In this document: positions 53,530 through 62,613 of the stretch, one piece after another
Layout: each line of letters opens with the position of its first letter
How positions within the stretch are numbered: position 1 is the stretch's first letter
NCBI GenBank assembly: GCA_963662315.1
Contig: OY759353.1
Coordinates: forward strand, 2,304,001 to 2,368,000
Reading direction: 5' to 3'
Length of the DNA stretch: 64,000 bases
Origin: Geopsychrobacteraceae bacterium
GTDB taxonomy: Bacteria > Desulfobacterota > Desulfuromonadia > Desulfuromonadales > Geopsychrobacteraceae
Notes under the pieces: model-generated
Databases searched by the model: none
Seen by the model: only the letters and a program-made list of their open reading frames with translations
What the model was told of the DNA's origin: nothing
Made by a program: the position numbers and the translations under genes

Positions 53530-54849
53530 ATGACTGCTATGGGAATCACAACTTCATTACCGGATCCTGTTGCTGCCCGTCCGCAGCTCAGCTGGCTGAA
53601 ACCGCTCCATGCCAGCGGCAAAGAGCAGCTTGAAAGCCTCGGCTGGCCCGGACGCAAGACTGAGTACTGGCTCCACACCCCGATTACTGAAGCGCTGGAA
53701 AAGCTGCCCAAGACAGCCGAGACAGAGGTTCTTCCAGAATTCAACCAGTTGACTACAATTGCTAACATTGAGGCAATCAAAGTTGTTTTTGTTGATGGGG
53801 TATTTATCCCTGGACTGTCGTCGGACCTGAGCGAAAACACGCATCTGAACATCGTCTCTCAGCTTGAAGAAGCGCAGCAGAGGTCCTTTTTACAACGCAT
53901 CAACCAGACCTTCGACCTGGCTCTCAACGCCAAAGATCACATCGGCGCCTGGCACAACCTGAGCCTGCTCAGCGATGGACTGATTGTGCAGCTGCCTGCC
54001 GATGTCAAATTGGAGCAGCCGCTGCAGGTGGTCTTTGTCGCCAGCCAGGCCAGCTGCACTGCAGCACCAGCCACCAGGATTATCTGCGACCTGGCCCGTG
54101 GTGCCAGCGCCCAACTCATAGAACATTTTGTTACCCTGCCCGGAGCGGAAGGCAGTTTCTCCAATCAGCTGACCGAAATCGACCTGGGTGCCGGTGCCAA
54201 TCTCAGTCACTACCGCCTCGGCCTGGAAGGACACAGCGCTGTCAGCCTGACGGCAGTGCATGCCTCATTAGGCCAGGACGCCAACTACGATGGCTTTAAT
54301 ATCGGCTTTGGCGCTGCCTGCAAGCGTAACGATCTGGTCATCCATCATCAGCAGGGTGGCTCCCACTGTGAGCTGAAGGGGATCTACCTGCCACGCGGCA
54401 ATGAGCATATCGACTATCATACCTGCCTGGAGCATCGTGTGCCTGAGTGTACCAGCAACGAAGTATTCCGTGGCATTATGGCAGACAAAAGCACCGCAGT
54501 GTTCAACGGTCGTATTCATATTCATCAGGATGCCCAGAAAACCCTGGCTGAACTGAGTAACCGCAACCTGCTGGTCAGCCCGGATGCCCAGGTCTATACC
54601 AAACCGGAGTTGGAAATCTATGCGGATGATGTCCGCTGCGCCCACGGCGCAACCGTGGCCCAACTCGATGAGCAGGCCCGTTACTATCTGCAGAGCCGTG
54701 GCATCAGCCGCAAAGATGCGGAAGTTATCTTAAGTTTTGCCTTCATCAATGAGCTGATCGACCAGATCGATCTTGAGCCGCTAGCAGAACATCTGCGTCC
54801 GCTGCTGAACGATCACTTTGCCAAAACCCTGCAACACTCCGGAGACTGA
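53530..54849 (+). CDS. sufD: Fe-S cluster assembly protein SufD
   Basis: VFNGRI, AQKT, KPELEIYADDVRCAHGATV, YLQSRGI. Confidence 0.95.
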   Translation: MTAMGITTSLPDPVAARPQLSWLKPLHASGKEQLESLGWPGRKTEYWLHTPITEALEKLPKTAETEVLPEFNQLTTIANIEAIKVVFVDGVFIPGLSSDLSENTHLNIVSQLEEAQQRSFLQRINQTFDLALNAKDHIGAWHNLSLLSDGLIVQLPADVKLEQPLQVVFVASQASCTAAPATRIICDLARGASAQLIEHFVTLPGAEGSFSNQLTEIDLGAGANLSHYRLGLEGHSAVSLTAVHASLGQDANYDGFNIGFGAACKRNDLVIHHQQGGSHCELKGIYLPRGNEHIDYHTCLEHRVPECTSNEVFRGIMADKSTAVFNGRIHIHQDAQKTLAELSNRNLLVSPDAQVYTKPELEIYADDVRCAHGATVAQLDEQARYYLQSRGISRKDAEVILSFAFINELIDQIDLEPLAEHLRPLLNDHFAKTLQHSGD

Positions 54850-54851
54850 AA

Positions 54852-56084
54852 ATGACAGCCCCTTTTCCCTTTGATCCGGAAAGCATCCGTCCCGACTTCC
54901 CGCTGCTGCAGCAGGTCGTCAACGGTCAGCAGCTGGTTTATCTGGATAACGCTTCGACGACCCAGAAACCTGAGGCCGTCATTGAAGCCATTTGTCACTA
55001 TTATCGCTGTGACAACGCCAATGTTCATCGCGGCAGCTATGCTCTGAGTGATCGCGCCACCTGTCGCTTTGAACAAGCACGATTACGCGTACAAAGGTTT
55101 ATCAATGCCGCCTGTCAGGAAGAGATCATCTGGACCAGGGGGACAACCGAAGGGATCAACCTGGTTGCCCAGTGTTATGGCGGACAGGTACTTAAAGCAG
55201 GTGACGTTGTGTTGGCGCCAACCATGGAGCACCACGCCAATATTGTTCCATGGCAGATGATTGCTGCCCGCCAGGGCGCGACGTTAAAAGCTGTTCCGGT
55301 TAGCAACCAGGGGGAAATAGATCTTGATGCCTTCGCCGCGCTACTGAAAGATAACCCGGTTAAAATTGTCAGCTGTGCTCACGTCTGTAACAGTCTGGGT
55401 ACTGTTAATCCGATTGAGACCATCATAAAAATGGCTCATGCCGAAGGTGCCATGGTGATGATTGACGGGGCCCAGGGGATCAGCCACTGGCCGGTTGATG
55501 TTCAGGCCCTCGATGTTGATTTCTACGCGTTTTCCGGTCATAAGATGTTCGGACCAACCGGCATTGGTGTCCTGTACGCCAAGAAGGAGCTGCTTGACGC
55601 CATGCCACCCTTTATGGGTGGCGGTGAAATGATTGAAAACGTTACTTTTGCTAAAACGATCTATAATCATCTGCCGTTCAAATTTGAAGCAGGAACCCCA
55701 AACATTGCCGGTGCAATCGGCCTGGCAGCGGCAATCGATTATCTCAACCAGCTTGACCGCAAGGCAACTGCCGCCCACGAAGCTTCATTACTGGCTTATA
55801 CCCAGGAAAGAGCGCATGACTGCGATGGACTCATTCCTATCAGCCGGGCTAAACACATGGCCGGGGCCTTCAGTTTTAACATTGAGGGGGCCCACCCGTC
55901 CGATGTCGGTATGCTACTCGATCAGCAAGCCATTGCCGTACGCACCGGACAACATTGTGCCCAGCCAGTCATGGACCAGTACTGTATACCCGGTACGGTC
56001 AGGGCATCCTTCAGCATCTATAACACTCATGCCGAGGTCGATCGTTTGTTTGAGGCGATTGAAAAGGTAAAAATGTTTATCTAA
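54852..56084 (+). CDS. sufS: SufS-type cysteine desulfurase
   Basis: YLDNASTTQKP, ANVHRG, EHHANIVPW, FSGHK, RTGQHCA. Confidence 0.96.
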   Translation: MTAPFPFDPESIRPDFPLLQQVVNGQQLVYLDNASTTQKPEAVIEAICHYYRCDNANVHRGSYALSDRATCRFEQARLRVQRFINAACQEEIIWTRGTTEGINLVAQCYGGQVLKAGDVVLAPTMEHHANIVPWQMIAARQGATLKAVPVSNQGEIDLDAFAALLKDNPVKIVSCAHVCNSLGTVNPIETIIKMAHAEGAMVMIDGAQGISHWPVDVQALDVDFYAFSGHKMFGPTGIGVLYAKKELLDAMPPFMGGGEMIENVTFAKTIYNHLPFKFEAGTPNIAGAIGLAAAIDYLNQLDRKATAAHEASLLAYTQERAHDCDGLIPISRAKHMAGAFSFNIEGAHPSDVGMLLDQQAIAVRTGQHCAQPVMDQYCIPGTVRASFSIYNTHAEVDRLFEAIEKVKMFI

Positions 56085-56144
56085 ACTTGGTAGCGCAAAA
56101 TGCTCAAGAGCACATCCTCTATATGCACACACAAATTCATCAAA

Positions 56145-56235
56145 GGAGGATCAGAGGATATTTGTCGCCCGGATGGCGACAATTAAGCCTCATGGATGGG
56201 TTGATGCGCCCCTGGAACGGGAGATCCGATTCTCC
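56145..56235. repeat. REP-like folded extragenic element between sufS and sufE
   Basis: TTGTCGCC-CGGAT-GGCGACAA hairpin, a second CATGGATGG motif, and outer GGAGGATC/GATTCTCC pairing. Confidence 0.45.
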
Positions 56236-56258
56236 GGCTTAACAGAAAGAAAGGACCA

Positions 56259-56681
56259 ATGAACCCATTCGGAACCACCATAACCACTGAAGATATCATT
56301 GACAGCCTCAGTTTTTTTGACAGCTGGGAAGATCGCTACAAATACATTATCGATCTCGGCAAGCAGTTGCCGGACATGCCTGAGACACTGAAAACCGATG
56401 AGCGGCTGATCAAAGGGTGCCAGAGTAAAGTCTGGATTGATGCCACGGTGGTTGATGGCAAACTGATCTTAAATGCTGACAGTGACGCTTTCATCGTTAA
56501 AGGTCTGCTGGCCGTTGTGCTGGCAGCCTACAATGGCCAGACTCCAGCTCAGGCCAAAGCCTTTAATATTGATGAGTACTTTGCCGAGCTGAAACTGCTC
56601 AATCATCTCAGTCCAACCCGCAGCAATGGTCTGCATGCCATGGTACAGCGCCTGAAAGCCATTACCGAAGCATCTCTGTAA
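56259..56681 (+). CDS. sufE: Sulfur-transfer protein SufE
   Basis: WEDRYKYIIDLGK, GCQSKVW, ADSDA.IVKG, LSPTRSNGL. Confidence 0.96.
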   Translation: MNPFGTTITTEDIIDSLSFFDSWEDRYKYIIDLGKQLPDMPETLKTDERLIKGCQSKVWIDATVVDGKLILNADSDAFIVKGLLAVVLAAYNGQTPAQAKAFNIDEYFAELKLLNHLSPTRSNGLHAMVQRLKAITEASL

Positions 56682-56684
56682 ATT

Positions 56685-56721
56685 AAAAAGCCCCGCATTC
56701 AAAGCTGAATACGGGGCTTTT
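56685..56721. terminator. Bidirectional terminator between sufE and the MCP gene
   Basis: AAAAAGCCCCGCATTC...GAATACGGGGCTTTT. Confidence 0.85.
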
Positions 56722-56741
56722 ATTACTGAAGCGTTCACATA

Positions 56742-58856
56742 TCAATCATCGTTACTCCAGCCTTTTGGTGCGGGAAGTCCCGGGGTACGATGTTTCTGCT
56801 CGTGCCCACCACGGAATCTGAAAACGCTGATCAGCTGGTTAAGAGTTGCAGCCTGACTTGAAAGCTCATGGGCCGCAGCCGAGGTTTCTTCCGCACTGGC
56901 TGTATTCTGTTGCGTCACCGAATCAACCAAGTGCAGGGCCTGGTTAATTTCCACCAGTCCGCTTGACTGCACCTCAGATGCCTCCGCGATAGAATCAATG
57001 AGTTTAGCCATATCATCGATTCCTTTAACAACACCTTTCAAACTTTCTGCCGCCTGCCCCACCAACTGATTGGTATTACCGACCTTATGAACCGAGCCTT
57101 CAATCAAGGCTGCTGTTTCCTGGGCGGCCTTGGCGCTACGGCTGGCCAGGTTACGCACCTCTTCGGCAACGACGGCAAATCCCTTACCATGCTGCCCGGC
57201 GCGCGCGGCTTCCACCGCAGCGTTCAAGGCGAGCAGGTTGGTCTGAAACGCAATCTCATCAATAACTTTGATAATCTTGGCAATGGCTGCCGAAGCATCA
57301 CTCACTTCGGCCATAGCACTGGTCATCGCATCCATATCGTGCTGACTCTGTTCCGCGTTGCCACGAACAGCTCCCGCCATCTTGTTAGCACGTGCAGCGT
57401 TAGCCGCATTCTCTTTGGTTTGCGATGTTATTTCGGTCAGGGAGCTGGAAATTTCTTCAAGACTCGCAGCCTGAGAGGTCGAACCCTGGGCCAATGCTTC
57501 ACTGGCAGCTGAAACCTGACCAGACGAGGCATCAACATCAACGGCAGAGTGGCGCACAGCCCCCAGCACTTTGTTCAGATTTTCCGACATATGTTTTAAA
57601 GCCAGGCCAAGCACATCCCTGTCGGATGTCACCTCAACATCATCAGTCAGATCATTGGCCGCAATATTCTTTGCCAGCTGCGCTTTTCTCTCCAGATTAT
57701 CGGCCATACCGTTCAGAGCCTGGGCCAGCAATCCTGACTCATCACCACTTTTCACCTCAAGCCGCTGTGATAAGTCGCCTTTGCCGATAGTTTCAGCCAG
57801 AACCTTGGCCTTGCTCAAAGGAGATGCAATGGAGCTGGCCAGCAGATACAGAATGATCGCAAGCACAACAAGAACTCCAAGGCTGATCCAAACGGTACGC
57901 CACAAAACCAGGGTCGAAGAAGCCAATACTTTGGCCATGGGAATATCGACACCAAGAGCCCAGTTCTGGGTTTTAGTTACCGGAATTGGTACAAATACAC
58001 GAAAAATATCTTCGTCAGCAACAGTAATATCCTGCTGAAAGACGCGCCCGGCTTTTATCGCCGCAGAAATAGCACTGGCTTGCTCAGCACCGAAGCCGTC
58101 AACCAGCTTTTTGGTGATCATCTCATCGCCAGGATGACCAACAAACTGCCCATCATCAGCAATGATATAAGCCTTACCCGTCTCAAAGGGTGTGATTGAT
58201 CTCGCCATTTTGACGAAATCGGTGACTTCATAATCGATACCGGTCGCACCACGGAATTTGCCATCGACAATAATCGGAATACAGGAATCAATGCCAACGA
58301 TCAACTTGCCATCGACCTCATAGGAATAAGGAGCCGTCAGATAATCTTTTTTGGTATCACGTGGAACTGTATACCAAAGATTCGACTCCTCATCACTGCA
58401 GGGGCGTGAATCGATACCACCATTGGCGGTGCGGAAAAAATAGGGGTCATAGCGCCCTTTATCTCCGTGGCGTTTGTTATAGTTGCGATGCTCTGCATCT
58501 TTGCCGTCCAGACCATTTGGTTCAAATGCTGACCATATCCCCAGAAAAGCAGGTTCACGCTGCAAAATGCTCAATTGATACTGATCAAAAACATCACGTT
58601 TGGGCAGTTCGCCACTGCGAATCGCCGCCTCGAAAACACCCGCCAGAGCACGGCTTTGATCCATGATCGGGTTGATAAAGTCTTTGACCCGAACAGCATT
58701 ATGCTGAGCGGTCTCTCTTGCCAGTTGTTTGGCCTCTGTAATCGCAGAAGAGCTCATCCACGAGATAAAAAGACCAGAAACCACGAGCAAGGATAAGGTT
58801 ACGACAAGCAAAATGGGGAGTAAGATTTTGTTTCTGATATTCATCCGGGCAAACAT
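56742..58856 (-). CDS. Methyl-accepting chemotaxis protein (Cache-like sensor, HAMP)
   Basis: Two TMs, periplasmic WY..P...[40 protein letters not shown]. Confidence 0.96.
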   Translation of the reverse strand: MFARMNIRNKILLPILLVVTLSLLVVSGLFISWMSSSAITEAKQLARETAQHNAVRVKDFINPIMDQSRALAGVFEAAIRSGELPKRDVFDQYQLSILQREPAFLGIWSAFEPNGLDGKDAEHRNYNKRHGDKGRYDPYFFRTANGGIDSRPCSDEESNLWYTVPRDTKKDYLTAPYSYEVDGKLIVGIDSCIPIIVDGKFRGATGIDYEVTDFVKMARSITPFETGKAYIIADDGQFVGHPGDEMITKKLVDGFGAEQASAISAAIKAGRVFQQDITVADEDIFRVFVPIPVTKTQNWALGVDIPMAKVLASSTLVLWRTVWISLGVLVVLAIILYLLASSIASPLSKAKVLAETIGKGDLSQRLEVKSGDESGLLAQALNGMADNLERKAQLAKNIAANDLTDDVEVTSDRDVLGLALKHMSENLNKVLGAVRHSAVDVDASSGQVSAASEALAQGSTSQAASLEEISSSLTEITSQTKENAANAARANKMAGAVRGNAEQSQHDMDAMTSAMAEVSDASAAIAKIIKVIDEIAFQTNLLALNAAVEAARAGQHGKGFAVVAEEVRNLASRSAKAAQETAALIEGSVHKVGNTNQLVGQAAESLKGVVKGIDDMAKLIDSIAEASEVQSSGLVEINQALHLVDSVTQQNTASAEETSAAAHELSSQAATLNQLISVFRFRGGHEQKHRTPGLPAPKGWSNDD

Positions 58857-58987
58857 ATGGTGACCTCTCCTTTCGGCTCCCTATTATTAGTACAGACCAA
58901 TATCATACTGAAAAGAGCCACCCCATGCAATACAATTTATTTGAACGCTTTAACTATAGTATTAAGTTTCCATCTCCTACTTGAATC

Positions 58988-59027
58988 AAAAAAAGGCCTG
59001 TCGCCACTCAAGCGTCAGACCTTTTTT
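58988..59027 (-). terminator. Probable terminator after carbonic anhydrase
   Basis: A-run/GGCCTGTCGC...GCGTCAGACC/T-run imperfect hairpin. Confidence 0.6.
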
Positions 59028-59052
59028 ATCAGCCCTTTTATCAAGCAGTAAA

Positions 59053-59802
59053 TTATTGAACTATAACCCGAGAATTAAGAGGCTGCAGTGGACGATTGTT
59101 CGGGTGTTCCATAACCGCCTGAAACTTCATAATCTGGGCTTTAGAGGCGGTCACTGCATCTTTCATAACAAACCAGCGTACCCCCTCACTACAGGGGGGC
59201 GTTGTCAACGAGCCATTGAAACGATAATACTCACGCTCGGCAGGAAGCAGGCTCACCGGATTGATGGTGTCATGCAATAATTCTTTCTCACCGGCATGGG
59301 CAGGCATCTGCTTCCAGGCTTTTTCCAGTTCCAGATTAACAGCACCTTCGTCAAACATCACAGCGACAACGGCAATATTGCCATTTTCATCAAGATGAAC
59401 GAAGTGGGCTTCCAGAGGGAAATAGCGGCCATCAATAGTATTTTCACTCGGGCTGTGAAAATGAAACTGTTTCAGAGCAAAGCTGTGCCCTTTCACCCGA
59501 ATAGTACTCCCTTCAGCAACATTCACCTGGATAGCATGACCATTATTAACGACTTCTGTCCCTTTACTGTAATATTCTACGGTCATCTGTGGCAGATCCC
59601 CCTCAACCATACTGGTCAGGTTGATTGGCGACTGATTTTTACCGGCACTGCACATGATATAATCATGTGACAGCTTGCCCCAGTTTTCCGGACCTTCTTC
59701 ACCACTATAGCTCCAGTGGGCTTTGTGCTCGCTGGCAAAAGCACTGGCAGTACTTAAGAATAACCAGATCAGTACCAGCCCGATAATCGTTCTCCCTTTC
59801 AT
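59053..59802 (-). CDS. cah: Periplasmic alpha-carbonic anhydrase
   Basis: HWSY.G..GP..W, QSPIN, QFHFHSPSEN, EAHFVH, GSLTTPPCSEGV, NNRPLQP. Confidence 0.96.
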   Translation of the reverse strand: MKGRTIIGLVLIWLFLSTASAFASEHKAHWSYSGEEGPENWGKLSHDYIMCSAGKNQSPINLTSMVEGDLPQMTVEYYSKGTEVVNNGHAIQVNVAEGSTIRVKGHSFALKQFHFHSPSENTIDGRYFPLEAHFVHLDENGNIAVVAVMFDEGAVNLELEKAWKQMPAHAGEKELLHDTINPVSLLPAEREYYRFNGSLTTPPCSEGVRWFVMKDAVTASKAQIMKFQAVMEHPNNRPLQPLNSRVIVQ

Positions 59803-60031
59803 AAATTGTCTCCTTTTTTATTTAAGTTCGTCTGCTTTTCGCAGAAACGGTCATTAATAATGATCCGCTTCGTCATTCTGCAGAGCAGATGCCCCTTCCC
59901 AGACGCCATCGCCAGAGATGACAGGGTTGTTATTACCCTTATCATCAGTATTTTTCAATACTTTACAATATTCATTTTTGACCTATAGTGGGCCACTACG
60001 AATAATTATAGACTTTTGGGGGAGAGAAACC

Positions 60032-60916
60032 ATGTTCAGAATGACCAACACAAAACACTTCTGCTTTGCATTATTCAAACTTTCAACCAGCTGCCTCATA
60101 GTTATCCTGCTGTGGTCCTGTGGTACCACGTCAGGAGGAAGCAGCCATTCGGGGGAAAACCCAACAGACAACAATCCAGGCACAAATAATGAATGCTGGC
60201 AGCCATCGCTATCCAATTCCTGGCAATGGCAGTTAAATGGTACGGTCAACACCTCCTATGATGTGGATATCTACGATATTGACCTGGAAGACAGCAGCTC
60301 GGCCCTGATCAGTCAGCTACATACTGATGGGTGTCATGTTATCTGTTATTTTTCCGCCGGCAGTTATGAAAACTGGCGTAGCGACGCGAACCAGTTTGAC
60401 GCAGAGGACCTGGGCAATACCCTTGCGGGCTGGCCGGATGAGCGGTGGTTGGACATTACCTCGGACAATGTTCGGGCGATTATGGAAGAACGCCTTGACC
60501 GTGCTGTCAGCAAAGGATGTGACGCTGTCGAAGCCGATAATGTCGATGGCTACAGCAACAGTAACGGGCTGGGACTAACCGCTGCAGAACAGCTTGATTA
60601 CAATCAGTTCCTGGCTCAAGCAGCCCATGAACGCGGTTTGGCCATTGGTCTGAAAAACGATCTGGAACAGATCAGCAGTCTGGTCAGCCTTTTTGATTTT
60701 GCTATTAACGAGCAATGTTATGAATATGATGAATGTTCAGCACTGACACCCTTTATCAGCGCCGGAAAACCAGTCTTTCATGTCGAATACAAAACCACGT
60801 ATCTCAACGACAACAGCATGTGTCTGCAATCCAGAGACCTGAATCTGCGCACCCTGATTCTGCCAAAGAACCTGGATGACAGCTATCCGAATCGTTACAG
60901 CTGTGATGGAAATTGA
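60032..60916 (+). CDS. GH114 endo-alpha-1,4-polygalactosaminidase-like lipoprotein
   Basis: WQWQL, ICYFSAGSYE.WR.D, GWPDE.WLDI, EADNVD, GLKND, NEQC; lipobox LWSC. Confidence 0.88.
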   Translation: MFRMTNTKHFCFALFKLSTSCLIVILLWSCGTTSGGSSHSGENPTDNNPGTNNECWQPSLSNSWQWQLNGTVNTSYDVDIYDIDLEDSSSALISQLHTDGCHVICYFSAGSYENWRSDANQFDAEDLGNTLAGWPDERWLDITSDNVRAIMEERLDRAVSKGCDAVEADNVDGYSNSNGLGLTAAEQLDYNQFLAQAAHERGLAIGLKNDLEQISSLVSLFDFAINEQCYEYDECSALTPFISAGKPVFHVEYKTTYLNDNSMCLQSRDLNLRTLILPKNLDDSYPNRYSCDGN

Positions 60917-60964
60917 GCAATTGTTCCGGCAGCGCAACTAAACGTATCGCGCCTGCCGGAACAT

Positions 60965-62107
60965 TCAGGCAAACACCCAGCCAGCCATCAACCGTCTGGC
61001 ACTGCGGCTCATGGTCACTTTCTCAATCAACCAGTCTTCACCAGCGTGGCGAACTGTTGCTGCCACAACCATCAGCCCGGAAGGGTGGCCGATACGAAGA
61101 GATCCATCCCCGAGACAAGCCCGCTTGCCGAACTGCTGGACCAGTGTCCCTTCAATCGCCGCCGCTGCCGCCAAAGCAACACCGCCGGTTCCGGTCATAG
61201 CATGATGCAACTTACCCATGGATAGAATCCGCGCAGTCAGATCAATCTCTGAGGCTGCCACGTGTTTACCGGATGAACACACATAATCCTGAGCTTCAGA
61301 CAGCAGGACCAACTTGGGTGTTCCGGGACGCTGCAAAGTCGCTGCCCCTGCACTTTCTGCCAAGCCCATCATGACGGCGCCATGGGCACGAATCTGCTCA
61401 CACAGCTCAAGTAATTCGCGCTGCTGATTAAAACTGTCTGGCAGCTCGGTCCCCTTCAGGCCAAGGCTTTTTGCGGTAATAAAAACATGGGGATTTCCAA
61501 CATTAAATAAGGTAGCGGTAAAGGCGCCGACGCTGGGTACCTTCACGACGTCAATCAGGTTGCCCGTTGGAAAGACACTACCGTCGCTGTCTGCCGGGTC
61601 AAGGAAGTCGAGGACAATTTCCGCCGCAGGGAAAGTCACCCCATCGAGCTCAAAATCTCCCAGTTCAACAACCTCGCCGCCCTGCATCGGAACTTTGGCG
61701 ATGATGCGCTTATTGATATTGGCTTGCCAGATGCGTACTTCGGCAATGCCATCTGCCGGGGCTGACACCATCTGCTCCTGAATAGCAAAAGGCCCTACCG
61801 CTGATGACAGGTTCCCACAATTACCGGAGTAATCAATAACCGGGTCACCTATGGCGACCGCACCAAACAGGTAGTCAACGTCACAGTCGTCACGGCTGGA
61901 TGGCCCCACAACCACCACCTTACTGGTACTCGAGGTTCCCCCGCCCATACCATCAACCTGCTTGCCGTAAGGATCGGGGCTGCCAAGGATACGCAGGAAA
62001 AGACGATCACGTTCGGCGGGGTCAGCAGGAACCGCATCAGCCCGAAAGAACACCCCCTTACTGGTGCCGCCACGCATGAATGTTGCGGGTATTTTTTGCT
62101 GCTTCAT
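60965..62107 (-). CDS. prpF: PrpF-family (methyl)aconitate isomerase
   Basis: MRGGTSKG, GSPDPYGKQVDGMGG.TSSTSK, GNCGN, SMGKLHHA, HPSG, RSARRLM.G; start ATG62107. Confidence 0.93.
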   Translation of the reverse strand: MKQQKIPATFMRGGTSKGVFFRADAVPADPAERDRLFLRILGSPDPYGKQVDGMGGGTSSTSKVVVVGPSSRDDCDVDYLFGAVAIGDPVIDYSGNCGNLSSAVGPFAIQEQMVSAPADGIAEVRIWQANINKRIIAKVPMQGGEVVELGDFELDGVTFPAAEIVLDFLDPADSDGSVFPTGNLIDVVKVPSVGAFTATLFNVGNPHVFITAKSLGLKGTELPDSFNQQRELLELCEQIRAHGAVMMGLAESAGAATLQRPGTPKLVLLSEAQDYVCSSGKHVAASEIDLTARILSMGKLHHAMTGTGGVALAAAAAIEGTLVQQFGKRACLGDGSLRIGHPSGLMVVAATVRHAGEDWLIEKVTMSRSARRLMAGWVFA

Positions 62108-62206
62108 TTTTGTCGCTCCACCTAACATAAAATAGTGAATAATCTTGAGTAGTAAGTAGCGAGTAACGCGCAACTCTTCAGAGCTACGTTACTCCACAAC
62201 AGCAAA

Positions 62207-62595
62207 TTGCCCATTAGCTGCGCAGCAGCGTCAGGCTGACTGTGCTTGCTGGAGATAACAACATATGTTGTCCGCTATAATTTTCGTCAGAGTATTTGAC
62301 CTTTCCGGGCATTTTGCATACTTTTTTGCCCTGGAAAAAGTATGGCGCCGCTCGGGGGCGCGACCCCGAGGTCTTGATCTTGATTTTATTGCAACAGTCA
62401 AAGGAAACTTCGCAGGGTTTCGCCCCTGCAGGCGAGTTACCTTTTATCCTGAGCAATAAAAGGTAACCCAAAACTGCTCTTTAAAAAAGATTCGTGTTCG
62501 AGCGGCATTTCTTCAATGAAACCGCCAGCAAATGAGTAACCGGCCAACGGCTCAAACCACGCCTGATGGCCAGAATCGCACATGCCATAGGCATG
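62207..62595 (-). repeat. Dispersed, inverted, diverged copy of the 394-bp element
   Basis: The reverse complement matches the 43911 unit end to end (e.g. GGTTACCTTTTATTGCTC.GGATAAAAGGTAACTCGCCTGCAGGGGCGAAACCCTGCGAAGTT; ACCTCGGGGTCGCGCCCCCGA). Confidence 0.93.
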
Positions 62596-62613
62596 CAGTA
62601 ATTGTTGAAACAA

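Noticed and set aside
59860..59915. Fluoride-riboswitch-like GGCGATGG...AATGAC on the minus strand
   Set aside because: The P1 partner (TCGCC) and the 3' CCTAC-type end are missing.
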